From Callorhinchus milii (taxonomy: Eukaryota): 64,000 nt of DNA. How positions within the stretch are numbered: position 1 is the first letter of the stretch; the number at the start of each line of letters is the position of its first letter. The notes beneath the pieces were generated by a model. The model was not told where the DNA came from. It did not search any database and saw nothing but the letters and a program-made list of their open reading frames with translations. Shown here piece by piece: positions 12,001 to 23,549 of the stretch. The stretch lies in NCBI RefSeq assembly GCF_018977255.1, contig NW_024704743.1, forward strand, positions 99,450,001-99,514,000. Reading direction: 5' to 3'. Both the position numbers and the translations under genes were made by a program.

Positions 12001-12267
12001 TCCTATCGAGTTGTACTCATCAGTGAAGTCGATTTCCCACACACGCCACTTCCGCAAGCCCAAACTTCACCGAGCCACGCATGCGCCATCAGAGCCGCAC
12101 CGGCCATAGTAGCGGCGTCAAGCAAACAGCACGAGAGCCCTGGGGCCTAAGGCACTGTGTGTAAGGGTTAGTACCTGAGCGGCTGTTTGTAGCAGGATTG
12201 TATTGGACGAGGACCATTGTCGAGGAAAATGCGGACAACATGCGCCCGCCCTTTTCTATTGGCCCAG
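12001..12267 (-). promoter_or_regulatory. Putative transposase promoter (CpG-rich end of the hAT element)
   Basis: 18 CpGs in 12001-12250. ETS-like CACTTCCG 12047-12054; NRF1-like CGCATGCGC 12078-12086; CCAAT on minus at 12202-12206 and 12258-12262; GC box GCCCGCCC 12244-12251. Lies upstream of the minus-strand ORF. Confidence 0.5.
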
Positions 12268-12790
12268 GTCATGACACATGAGGCTTGAAAACACAACGCT
12301 ATGATTTGGAGGCAAAAGTGCTCTCAACTGACACTAAGTCTGTAAAAAAATATATTAAACTCGTGAAATGACCTCCTATTGGTCTTTGACATCCTAAAGT
12401 ATATCTTGCAGACAATCGGAAGAGTATGTTTGGAATTTTTTTGCTGTCTTCCAAATGTGAGGCGGTTGGGATCCAATTAGTTCTCATCAGGACATCTTTT
12501 CAGCATTTGGCACAATGTAGTAAAAAGGGCAGACAGATTGTATATAAAGGCAGCAAAAACTGTAGGCTACTATCAAACTGCATGGGAAATGGAGAGCATT
12601 TGATTGGCATTACACAAATGAGGAAGCCCTAATTACTCATGAATGATACCATAACATGCACAGTTGAAGCTGAAATATTTCTGGGAATGTTGATTACATC
12701 TCTATGGCTGTTAATTTAATTTCTTCCCTCCCCCGCTATTGGAAGAGGGGGAATTTTCTCCTATTTAGCACATTTCAACAGGATTAAATT

Positions 12791-12894
12791 GGGAAAACAA
12801 AAGCAGAAGTCGCTGGGAACACTCAGCAGGTCAGGCAGCATCTATGGAGAAAGGAAAGTGAGTCAACGTTTCGGGTCCACGACCCTTCGTCAGA
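12791..12894 (-). mobile_element. Penelope-like element terminal fragment
   Basis: Minus strand TCTGACGAAGGGTCGTGGACCCGAAACGTTGACTC...GATGCTGCCTGACCTGCTGAG...CCAGC...TTTTGTTTT resembles fish/shark Penelope termini. A decayed sister copy lies at ~63385-63490. Confidence 0.65.
12864..12893 (-). ncRNA. Minimal hammerhead ribozyme core (Penelope-associated type)
   Basis: CUGACGA-A-GGGUC-GUG-GACCC-GAAA-CGUUG: CUGANGA box, perfect 5-bp helix II, GAAA box, self-complementary AACGUU. Confidence 0.6.
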
Positions 12895-13304
12895 TTAAAT
12901 TGGGGTTTGAGTACTGTGGACATGTGGGCTATTATAGCCAGATGTCGCTGTGCTTTGGGACGTCCTCCCGACGTGAAAGGCGCTCTATAAATGTAATTTT
13001 GTTGTTGTTGTTTTGGGCCATTTATGTGTCTTTACTACTCCAAACCCTGTTTTTCCTTTGTCAAGTATGTATTGAAAGCACTGTTGGGGCCTGGCCAACA
13101 ATTCTTCTGTATAAAATTGATCGTACACTTCATGGCTGTTTGTGGGACGTTGCTGTGCATAAATTGACTTCTGTGTTCGCCTACAAAATACACAATCACC
13201 AAAATAGTCACTAAATTTTCTGTATATCCTGTGATATAGCTTTGAGACTTCATCGCAATGTGAAAAGCGCTACATCAAATGCAAGGATTATTACTTGCCT
13301 CCTG

Positions 13305-13490
13305 TTAACCCTGCAAACCAAAGCCTGAATGGTTAGGGTAGTCCTAGCTGGATAAGCATTGGGAAGCTTGACAGGTAATGCTCTTAGTGGCAATTTATGC
13401 AATTTTAGTTGGTTAGACTGCAGCAGTACTCCAAAAATACCAGCTGGAGTCTCCACATCTTGGCTCTCTCCAACCTATGTCTAAGACTTT
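13305..13490. repeat. Unclassified interspersed repeat (family C), partial copy
   Basis: Aligns by eye with ~42170-42340 and ~44415-44605 (GGT.GTCCTAGCTGGA.AAG...TTTTAG.TGGT.AGA.T.CAGC.GTAC...CTGGAGT...TTG.CT.T..CCAAC). Confidence 0.7.
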
Positions 13491-13744
13491 TTGGAATCGA
13501 GTGAGCATCCCTTCGGGGGGGAAGGGATGCATCAAATGTGAAAGATGCTATATAAATGTAAATTTGTATTGTTCTGTATATTCCATTCCAGATGCATGTA
13601 TGGGACATTGCTGTGCACAAATAAGCTGCCATATTCAGCTATCCATACACAGTTGTTACACTTAATATTGTGAAGCAGTTTGAGGCATTCTCAATGTTAT
13701 AGGTGCTATATGAAATGCATGCATGGATTATCATTATTTTATTC

Positions 13745-14142
13745 TTAATAATAATAATCCTTGTATTTAATATAGCGCCTTATTATAGCATTGGAATGTC
13801 TCACAGGATATGTTGCATCAGCCAAATGCACATAGCCATGCCCCACAAAGAGCCATGGAGTGAGTGATTAACTTTATTTGGGGGTTTATTGACCAGAATA
13901 CCAGGGAAACTCCTTTCCTATTTTTGAATAATGCCACAGGATCTTTAACATTCAACGGGCAGATGCGACCTCGGTTTAACATCTCATCTGAAGGATGGCA
14001 CCTCCGACAATGCAACATCCCACCAGTACTGTATTGTAGTAGTGTCAGCTTAGACAATGTGATTCCAAGTCCTGATGTGGGGCTTGAATGAACAACCTTC
14101 TGATTCAGAGGAGAGAATGCTACCACTGCACCAGGCTGACAC
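13745..14142 (-). mobile_element. Deu-domain tRNA-SINE (family B), near full length
   Basis: Reverse complement contains GTCGGAGGTGCCATCCTTCAGATGAGATGTTAAACCGAGGTC...GTTAAAGATCCTGTGGCATTATTC, resembling the AmnSINE1/SacSINE1 Deu core, plus a tRNA-like head and an L2-type tail. Confidence 0.8.
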
Positions 14143-14765
14143 ACTATTGTTGATCATGGGATGTTGCCGGAACAGATTAGCTATTGCATTGTCTACAAAA
14201 CAACGGTAACTTTGTTTCCAATAAATTGTATCTTGTACGATGCTTTGAAATGCTTATTTTTCCATAAAATGTGGTACATAAAATGATGTTTATTGTAGTT
14301 GTACAAGTGGCAGACACCAGCATGTATTATTGAAAAGAGCAAGGAAGGCAATTAATTGCTTCTGGAAGCCAATTAAGTTGCTGAGGCTTTCTGGACATGG
14401 TGATATTCAGTCATAGTCAGAGTAAATGGTAAGGGAAAGAGTGCAGAATGCAGAGTGTGCTGAGAATACAGTGGTACACTGTCCATAGATAATTATTACA
14501 AGTCATCACTGGCTATAGGAGAATCCAATGGTTATTTGTTACTGATATTAAAACCTTGTACATATATTGTGCATGAAGAACTCCAGCATTAAAACAGAGG
14601 AATTAATATAAATTATAGATTTTATTTAGTGAGATATAAGACCCAAACTTTCACCTAGTCTTAACCTATAAATTGAAGACAATTTTGTCTTCAAATTCAA
14701 CATTGTATAGAATTGCAGAATATCTTAAATTTTCAGGTGTACTCTTAATCTGATATCTGTGAAAT

Positions 14766-14840
14766 CTGTGACTGTGTGTGTGAGGCTGTGACGGTGTGTG
14801 TGAGGCTGTGACAGTGTGAGGTTATGTGACTGTATGTGAG
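14766..14840. repeat. ~20-bp tandem repeat (CTGTGACNGTGTGTGTGAGG), ~4 units
   Basis: Units directly visible. Confidence 0.8.
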
Positions 14841-15121
14841 ACACCTGGGTTCAATTCCAGACAGGGTGAAATCTTGGGCAAGTTTCCTTACTCCAAACGC
14901 CTAATAATAATCCCTCCAAAACAAAACAATAATAAATTGGTCATTTTCAATCCATGACTGTTTGTGGGACACTGCTGTGTGCAATTGGCTGCCGTGTTTT
15001 GCCCACAAATATACGGTCAATTCACTTTACAGTCTATTCTGTGAAGCGCTTTGAGATGTCTAGAAGACGTGAAAAGTGCTATAACAAATGCAAGGATTCT
15101 TCTTCTACTTCTTATTATTAT
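14838..15121 (+). mobile_element. SINE family A, 5'-truncated
   Basis: B box through tail match family A. Confidence 0.85.
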
Positions 15122-17802
15122 CTTGATTCACACTCAACATTAAAGATAGTTGCTTTAACACCTTTTTAACAAAACTGCTTCCTGTTTAGAAAAATGAATT
15201 GAAGGACTTTCTGCAATTTTGTTAGATCTTGAATTTTAAGAAACAATAGGCTGAAAGGCTAAGACCAAATGGAATTACTGTGTGCACAATGGGACCATTT
15301 ATCAAAAATAACAGTATCATGTTACTGTAAACTTATTAAATAACTCACTCCACCCACATTCCTTCCTTTTTCTTGTACAATATCTCCACACGCAGACTTC
15401 AATGAGTGAGCTTATTGGAATTTATTATAATACAATGTAACATGTGAGTGGAATAATTAAATTGCAACAGATTTTTCCAAGTCTTGATCTTATCCATGAG
15501 GGGTAGAGGTAAAATAATGCAAAACCAGGCAAAGAGAAAATAAAGCTGCTGTGGGTGGGATTTGGGAGAGTGGAATGGGTGTTCTGTCCCAAACCTGTTG
15601 TTAAAGTCAGGTTTTAAGGAAACACAATTTTTGTCCAGTCAATTATTCCCTGCGATGATTAAGGAATGGGATTTTCATCCAGAATGAATATTACGGTGTT
15701 GTGATTGCAATGCATTCATAAATATATTGAGAAATACATATTGATAACTATGGTGTAAGCTTCAGTTGGTAACACTCTTTATTGGAACACATGACGTCCC
15801 ACAGGATGCACAGCACAGTGCTTAGTGTTTGTTCCACTATCCCAGCAGCAGCCATAAGTTTCCACAAACCATTATTCTAGCACTTCACATTAGAAACATC
15901 TCCTATGGATTTCTTTCCCTTTACTTTTTCATTGTCATCTCTGGGGCTTCGAAATGGAGCTCAGCTCAGTTGGGCATTAAAATTCATTAGTGTCATTGTG
16001 TCTGACCACCTCCGCCAGCCCCATCCCCACACATTTCCCTCCATCCTCCTCCGTAACCACTAAAGGCCTTGTTGCCAGCTCATAATGAAACAATTTAGTA
16101 TTACAGAATTGTGATGATATGATCTGTGTTCTAAAGTTACTGCACTACGTGTGGCTCTGGGCTGCTCAAAGGAATAAAGAGTTTTATCACTTGTTTGGTA
16201 ATCAGGATGATTTATGGGCAAGATTTTACTGTAAATAGCCATAAGGACCAACAGAGTGAACATTCCCCTACTGTAGTGTCTGAACAAAATTATTTTAAAA
16301 ATCTGGACATAAAAATAAAAATAAACAACTAATGTTCAAGTTAACCGTCATCCTTCAAGCTGTTAATTTTTTAAAGATATTTTAATAGAGTCTGGACTCT
16401 TGCTAACACGGAATCTGCTTATCATTTCAAATCAGTTGAGGCTGTACATGAGAGGGGGCAAGTCTTTTGATGTAAAGCTGTTGGCTTTGAGTTGAGAAAG
16501 GAGAGCCATTGCCCTAGGTCTAGCCTTAAGGCAGACTCAAGACTGTTGCAGAGACGAGTGTTGAGCAAGGTGCCTTGAGACTGTTAGATCAGGGTGGTGT
16601 AAGTATGATGTATTGGACGGTGGAGCGGGGTAGAAATTATGAATGGATGGGGTACAGATACCAACCACAAACTCAGGTATCTGCAAACCTCTGGATTTTG
16701 TGGAGAAGCTCGCCTCCTTAGATTGTTCAGAGACTCTTCCAAATAGTGGAAGAAAATAATATACTGGGGTCATTCCAGGAATCTATAACTTATTGACAAT
16801 TCTCATCACTAAACCTAAAAGATGTTGGGTTTTATTTCTTTTCCGCAGTCAGAGGTTAGAAGCTTCCCTCAAACAAATTCTCTAAGTCTTTCAATGAAAA
16901 GCACAGTGAAAAAACAGCAGAGTACAACATAAAATTGCTTTAAAATGGAATTAATTCTGGCTGTACTTTAGAAGCTGACCATTTTGTTCAGTGATTCAGG
17001 AGACCACCAGGAGAGGCCTCCTTACCAACCAGACCTCGTTCGTTTTTATTCCCGAGTTGCAGAGCTGTGTCCAGCATACCCACCTTCTGGCCATTTATCA
17101 CCCCAAGTTTCTAATGTCAAAACTGTAAAATCCCAATGTGGAGCTTTAACTCACAACTTTCTGATTCAGGGGCAAGAATGCTACTGAGCCCGTCTGACAC
17201 TTTTGAATTCAATCGCACATCTTTTTTGCTTTGTATCAGGTGACCCAAAATGTAACGGAAATATATGTCCACAATTATTGGAAGTTTACAGAAGGAAGCA
17301 ATTTGACCATCATGTCTATACTGGCTCTCTAAAAGCAATATCCATTAATGCTGATTCTCCTGCTTTTTCTCCATACCCTTATATTATCCTCGTGCTGAGA
17401 ATGAAACGTCCTAATTTTCTGTCTCCAGTGGTTCATTTTATTTTTGTTTGTTATGGATTGAATGAGAGTAGAGAAATTGCTCAATATTTCAGCTGCTGTA
17501 ATCTCGGAACCTCTTAAGTGTTACATATTGTGTTTATAATGAAAGCAATTTGGATCTTTAAAGATGTGATTATTGCTACACATCATGTAAGGCTTATGTG
17601 TCTTATTTATTTTTCTACCATTTTGGCTGATATGAGATAATTTCTCATGTGTACTCATAATTTCTCTTTTACACACCAATCTGACCAAATTCCCATATCT
17701 ACACTTTTCCATGTTGATCAGTGATTCTGGTTTTCATATTTGTGAACTACAGACTACAATTGATTTTCATCACATAACAAAAATAACACTATGTATGCAA
17801 TT

Positions 17803-17926
17803 TGGTGTCCTGTAGCATCATGGTTAGAGCACTCAAGAGGATCTGAGTTCGATTCTCGGGCGGGGCAAAACCTTAGGCAAGGTTCCTTACTCCACGCTCC
17901 TCTGTTTACCAAGCAATAAGTAGGAA
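17803..17926 (+). mobile_element. SINE head (long variant of family A) fused to an L2
   Basis: Matches the first ~130 bp of the SINE at 24440-24813, then switches to L2 sequence. Confidence 0.75.
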
Positions 17927-17928
17927 GT

Positions 17929-19177
17929 ATCTGTGACCAGGGCTCCCTCTGCCTCCTTGTCCTCCTGGACCTCTCTGCCGGTCGATTACGCTATGTTCCT
18001 CCACCGCCTTTCCTCCGTCATCCACCTCAGTGGGACCGCACTTGCCTGGTTCGAATCCTACCTCACAAACCACCAGCAGTACATCTGCACAAACGGCTTT
18101 TCCTCCCGCTCTCACCTGGTTACCTGCGGGGTACCCCAAGGATCCATCCTTGGCCCTCTCCTCTTTCTGATCTACATGCTCCCTCTTGGGGATGTCATCC
18201 GCAGACATGGGGTACATTTCCACATGTATCTGGACGACACCCAACTCTATTTTTCCACCTCTCTTTGCGACCCCCAGTCCCTTGATGTTCTGTCAGCCTG
18301 CCTGTCAGACCTCCGGGGCTGGATGAGCGCAAATTTCCTTCAGCTGAATGTTGACAAGTCGGAAGCCATACTCTTTGGCTCTCGTCAACGTCTAAAATCT
18401 CACGGTTTTCACCTCTTCCACCTACCCGACCTCTCCCTAAACTCTCTGAACCTGTACGCAAACTAGGCCTCAGGTTCGACCCCCAATTATCCTTCCTCTC
18501 CCACATCCGGTCCCTCACCAGCACCGCTTTCTTCCACCTCCGACACATTGCCCATTTCCGCCAATACCTCACTCCAAAAGCTGCTGAAACCCTGGTCCAT
18601 GACTTTGTCACCTCTCAACTAGACTATTCAAACATCTTCCTGGCCGGCCAACCCTCCACTACCATCCATAAAATCCAGATTATTTAAAACTCTGCCGCCT
18701 ACATTCTCACCCGCATCAAACTCCGCTCCCCAATTACTCCAGTTCTTGCCAGACTGCACTGGCTCCCTGTCCCAGAGAGGATCGATTTCAAGATCCTCAC
18801 CCCTGTCTTCAAATCCCTCCACTCCTCCGCACCCCCCTACCTCTCTGACCTCCTCTTGCCTCAAAACAGTGCCTGTTGCCTTCGTTCCTCCGGGTCTGGC
18901 CTCCACCTCGTCCCCCGAGTCCTACGTTTCACCCTCGGTGGCTGTGCCTTCAGCCATTATGCCCCGAGGCTCTGGAACTCCGTTCTTCACTCCTTTCGTC
19001 TCGCCCCTTCTCTTCCTACTTTCAGGTCTCTGCTGAAGACCTTTCTTTTCGACCGCTCCTTTGGTCACCTTCCTCCCCCTCCCCTTGGCTCGGCCCCGGG
19101 ATCCGTTACTGTGAATCGCTCTGAGACGCCGTCTGGAGTGGAGGGTGCTATATAAATCCAAGTTGTTGTTGTTGTAT
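17929..19177 (+). mobile_element. L2 RT-to-3' end, 5'-truncated
   Basis: ALAWFESYLTN...CGVPQGSILGPLLFLIYMLPLGDVIRRHGVHFHMYLDDTQLY...WMSANFLQLNVDKSEAILFG; (TTG)n tail. Confidence 0.93.
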
Positions 19178-19246
19178 TGTATGAAGTAAGCATTGTTCAA
19201 ACTCATGGTTTGAATAGAGTTAGGATTAAAATATGTATTGAGCACC

Positions 19247-19862
19247 GGGATGAAATTTCCCGATTTCCTGGCTAGTCATTCCGACTGCCTCTGCAAATGG
19301 TTCTTGAGCGCTCTTGTGAAAATGGCTCCTGATTTTTTAAAAAATACTTAGATGGCAAGTGGCTAGGTCTAGTGGGGGCTCAGCTCCACACCACCCCCAA
19401 ATATACCTACAGGGTGAGTAGTGGGGGATTGAAAGCCACCACTAGCACCAGCCGTCCCATTGCCAGATCCCTAGGAACCGAATGACATCCCTTTGTGCAG
19501 CTGCACATCAGCCTTATACACACTTTTTAAATGGGCGACTTCTGCCCTGCACAGGTGCTGACGCTGCTACTTTCCTCCTTGCCCAGGTGACTCGGCACCT
19601 TGCCTCGGCACATGGTGGGATAGCCGGAGAGCCAGGAGAAGAGAAAAGCTGCTACCACTGTCCTCAACCCGAGCCTGGGGCGCGGAGGCAGCTGCGGCAG
19701 TGCCCAGGTTCAGGTGATACTAATTTGGAAGGGCGGGGTGTGCCTTTGTGTTTTATGCTTTTTGGCACTCACATCCCCCATGAATCGGTGACCACTTTTT
19801 CCATGAAAATCCTGAGCCCTTTCAGGAAGCCAGTTTACCATTGAATGTGCAAATTCCAGCTC
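19247..19862. mobile_element. Possible decayed non-autonomous DNA transposon (MITE-like)
   Basis: GC-rich island bounded by imperfect inverted ends GGGATGAAATTTCC / GAGCTGGAATTTGC (10/14). No recognisable ORF. Confidence 0.3.
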
Positions 19863-20659
19863 AGGTGTCCAGCCAGCAATGTCATGCAGCAAACGTATGC
19901 ACAGCAATGTCCCACAAGCAGCCACGCAATGAATGATCAATATTATCCAGAGGACTTTAGGGCAGAACAATGGGAAAAACTCCCTTCTATTTTCAAATAG
20001 TGTCATAATGTAATGCAATCTTTAACATCCAACTAAATAGGGAGATGGGATAAAATAATGGTTGCATTTGGTCTACTCTACTTCCTATTCATGTTGAAAC
20101 TTTTCAATGTGTTTCACCTGTAATGTAAACAACAACCAGAACAAATTACATTTGTATAGCACCTTCTACGTCGGGAGGACGTCCCAAGGCGCTGGACAGT
20201 CAAGGATTTGTCAGGGACAGTAAGGCTGCACCCCCATCTCCACCCCCAGCAACATTTTTCAACTCTAGTGAGTTTTTTTTTAGGTGTAGTGACTGTATTT
20301 ATGTAAGCAAACAGTAAAGCATATTTTAATGGATTATGTGATCTTTTACGTTGCACATATTTTGGAAAATTCATCTAACTTTTAATAAATTGCTTATGCT
20401 TTTTGTGATATAGCACTGACATTTTAATGTTATTAATTCTCCCAGTATGTGTTTTAATTTTAATTTATCTCAAGCTGTTCATAAAATATTGCATTCATGA
20501 TTTTTGTACATTTCTTTTCATATGAATTATAATTCATTAATGTCATATCCATTTTATATAATTATGCTCCAATAGTTTAATTAAATACGGTTCATAACAT
20601 ACATTCAAGATATTGTGTTAATAGTCACTGTTTACATTTTGTGGATATATTTATATTAA

Positions 20660-21020
20660 TGATAACAATAATTGCATTTGTTATCATGTCATATATTTGA
20701 AATGGCTCAAAGCCACTTCACAGGATTTTGCTTAAAGTGTAGTGACTGTGTATTTTGTTGACGAATGCAACAGCCAATTTGTGCACAGCAATGCCCCACA
20801 AACAGTGAATAATCAATCTTATCTAGGAATTGTTGGCCAGGACACTGGTGTAATTCCTTTCGCCTTTCGAATACTGCATTCAATCTGTAATGTAGCCCTG
20901 ATGAGGCAGATGGGACCTCAGTTTAATGTCTCATCAGAAGAGTGGCACCTCTGACAATGCTGAATCCCTCCCAACACTGCACTGGAATGTCATCCTAGAT
21001 TATACAAATTGAAGTCCTAA
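20660..21020 (-). mobile_element. SINE family B, decayed
   Basis: Tail, Deu core (GGCAGATGGGACCTCAGTTTAATGTCTCATC) and part of the head, in order. Confidence 0.75.
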
Positions 21021-21468
21021 TTTCAATTTTGAAGCCTGATTTCTCTAGTTCTGAAAAGAATTTATAGTAAACTGGTTTTAAAATTTAAGTCTTTGATAAG
21101 TTCTGGTTGCTCTGAAATGGAATGTTAACTCAATAACTCTGGAAGCTGTTGCAATTTTTATTGAACAGAAAACTAACTATTATTGTGTTGCATTTGGTAA
21201 ATTTAACAAATGTGCATTTGTAAATAGAGAAAATATCATTTGAAATTAAGAATATCATGAGATTATAATGTAAAATAAATTATAAAAATGAATGAAAATA
21301 AATTATAATTAATTTGTATAATTGTGCAGTTACACAAGTTGCTTAATTTACCAAACAGATTAGAGTAACATTAACCCACATGAATTTGCTACATTTAAAT
21401 TTTTCAGGTTGCTATAGATTGAATGAGACCACAGGAGTTGAGCATTATTTTTCATTTTTATAATTTTA

Positions 21469-21605
21469 ATAATAATAATAATCCTTGCATTTGTTATAGC
21501 GCTTTTCACGTCGGGAGGACATCCCAAAGCGCTTCACAGAACACACTGTAAAGTGAATTGACTATATATTTGTGGGCGAACGCGGCAGCCAATTGCGCAC
21601 AGCAA
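21469..21605 (-). mobile_element. SINE family A 3' portion
   Basis: Near-identical to the young family A tail (CTCCC loop). Confidence 0.85.
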
Positions 21606-21779
21606 TTTAGATACTTTTGAGCCTTTGGAAATTGGGTTTCTAGTGGAAGTAATTTTGATTGCTGAATGTCTATTGTAATTATTATTGTATTTATTGTATT
21701 ATTGTAATTATTATTATTATTATTATCGATATACATGAAGTAAACTGATCAAGTTTTCCCCAGTGGATCCAGTTCAAGC

Positions 21780-22150
21780 TCCTTGTTCTCATCTTTACAT
21801 CCCTCCATTACCTTACCTCAGTGTACCTCTCCTGCAACTTCTACAAATCCTACCACCCAGCCAGTCCCTTCATTTAGCAAGCGTTGGCCCGCTTCATGTT
21901 CCCTATCCCAACGTCAGCAGGTGAGCTTTCAGCCTTTCTGCCCCTATTCTCTGGAACTCCACCATAGTGTCCCTCTGACTTGCTCCCTCTCTCACCTCAT
22001 TCAAGGTCCGTCTTGAAATGTACTTCTTTGACTCCACTTACTATTATCTTTCCGCTCCCTAAGCCTAGTTTGGGTGCCCAGCCAGTACTGTTAAAAGCTT
22101 TGGGATGTCATCCCAACATGAAAGGCGCTACAAATAAATGTAAATTTGAA
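21780..22150 (+). mobile_element. Decayed L2 3' end
   Basis: GCTTTCAGCC...CTCTGGAACTCC...GCTTTGGGATGTCATCCCAACATGAAAGGCGCTA tail. Confidence 0.7.
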
Positions 22151-23549
22151 ATGTATGTGTCTGATTTTAGCTCACAATGATTTTTCTCTGTTGAGTATTT
22201 GAGTGTCTTTCCGACGTGAAAAGCACTATACAAATGTAATTTGTTTTTGTTGTTGTTAATTGCTTCAAAATAATTTTAAATCCCTTCTATCAGTATAAAT
22301 TGAATATGAGGGAAACGGTGAGAGGAGGCTTGGAAATGTAACATTATAACACAGAGATTCCTAGCTGCACTCATCATTTGTTTATTGCTTATTTATTTCC
22401 AGAATGCCTGAATTGCATAACATGTTGTTGACTGCATAAAATTAAAGCTAACAATCTGGAGAAAATCTTAAAATTATGTGTCTGTCTTGTTTTTTGGAGG
22501 CAAATGCAGTAGCTGTTTTCTGTGAAGTTAATGATACCGTTCGTTTTTCCAATAACTTCATGAGATATTGTGAGATACTTTATTGTTCACTTGACAATCA
22601 GGCAGGATAAAGCTTAATAAAACATTTCATTTCAAGGTTGGTATCTTCAACATTGCATCATTACTGTACTGGAGTGTCAGCCTAGGCTATGAGCTCATGT
22701 CCCAAACATGCGGCTTGAACCCCCAACTTTCTGTCCAGCAGAGAGACCTCTGCCACATGAGCCAACCTGATATCTACCTAGGCTAATACAAGTATTTTGA
22801 GACATGTTTGTGTTCCACTGCAATATTCTCATCCGAATTTATTCATTGAATAATGCAATGTAAAGCATTTGTTTTTTAACAAACTGAAATACTTTTGCAG
22901 TCTTTAAAGGGTTGTGCAGTTTAATGCTGTGAACCCATGAATAAACATTAAGGAGTTGTAATTCTGTTGCTTGCCACTGTCAGAAATCAATTTTCTCAAG
23001 ATTCTTGAGAAAAACTGTCTCAGAAAGGTTTAGAATTTCTTCTGATTTACCAGATGAATACAAATATATACAAATTATACAAAATGCAAGCTACATAGAC
23101 ATTTGACTTAACCGTTACCTGTTCTTTTTTAATCTTATGGCATATGCTACGATATTGAGTGCTGAATGTGTTTTTTTCATTTGGTTTTTGCATAATTTAT
23201 TCACATTTGTGGAAGGGGGCTAATTCACTATCACATCAAGCAACCAGAATTGCCTCCGTTAATACTCCTAAAATAGTACATTTTAATAATGTGTCACCAG
23301 GCTGGTCTCAATTTTAAGCTGGATGACTCATTCGCACTGAAAATATAAACCGATTTTGAAACCTGACAAGGAGCTGAAACGGGACAGATAGCCCTGCTGC
23401 GTGATGTTAATGGAAAAACGCAGCCGCATGACCATTGTTAAAAACAAAATCTGTTTTATATTCTTGGTAATATCTGGAGTGTGAGAAAAATCAGGGGACT
23501 TGGAAATGTACTCTCGATCTACAGCCAATTATAAACTAGTTATCAGCAT

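Larger units (their letters stand above)
9468..12267 (-). mobile_element. hAT DNA transposon (CGGBP1-related lineage), complete ends, decayed
   Basis: Perfect 17-bp TIRs CTGGGCCAATAGAAAAG at 9468-9484 and 12251-12267 (reverse complement). 8-bp TSD GTCATGAT (9460-9467) / GTCATGAC (12268-12275). Internal transposase pseudogene. Confidence 0.9.
8793..12335 (-). mobile_element. Old Deu-domain SINE (family B) split into three pieces: ~8793-9060, ~9369-9467, ~12268-12335
   Basis: The pieces are collinear with the intact minus copy at 13745-14142 once the family A SINE (9061-9368) and the hAT element (9468-12267) are removed. Confidence 0.7.

Noticed and set aside
17203..17517. 104-aa ORF with a strong acceptor-like site near 17239
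   Set aside because: No recognisable protein similarity and no convincing donor.
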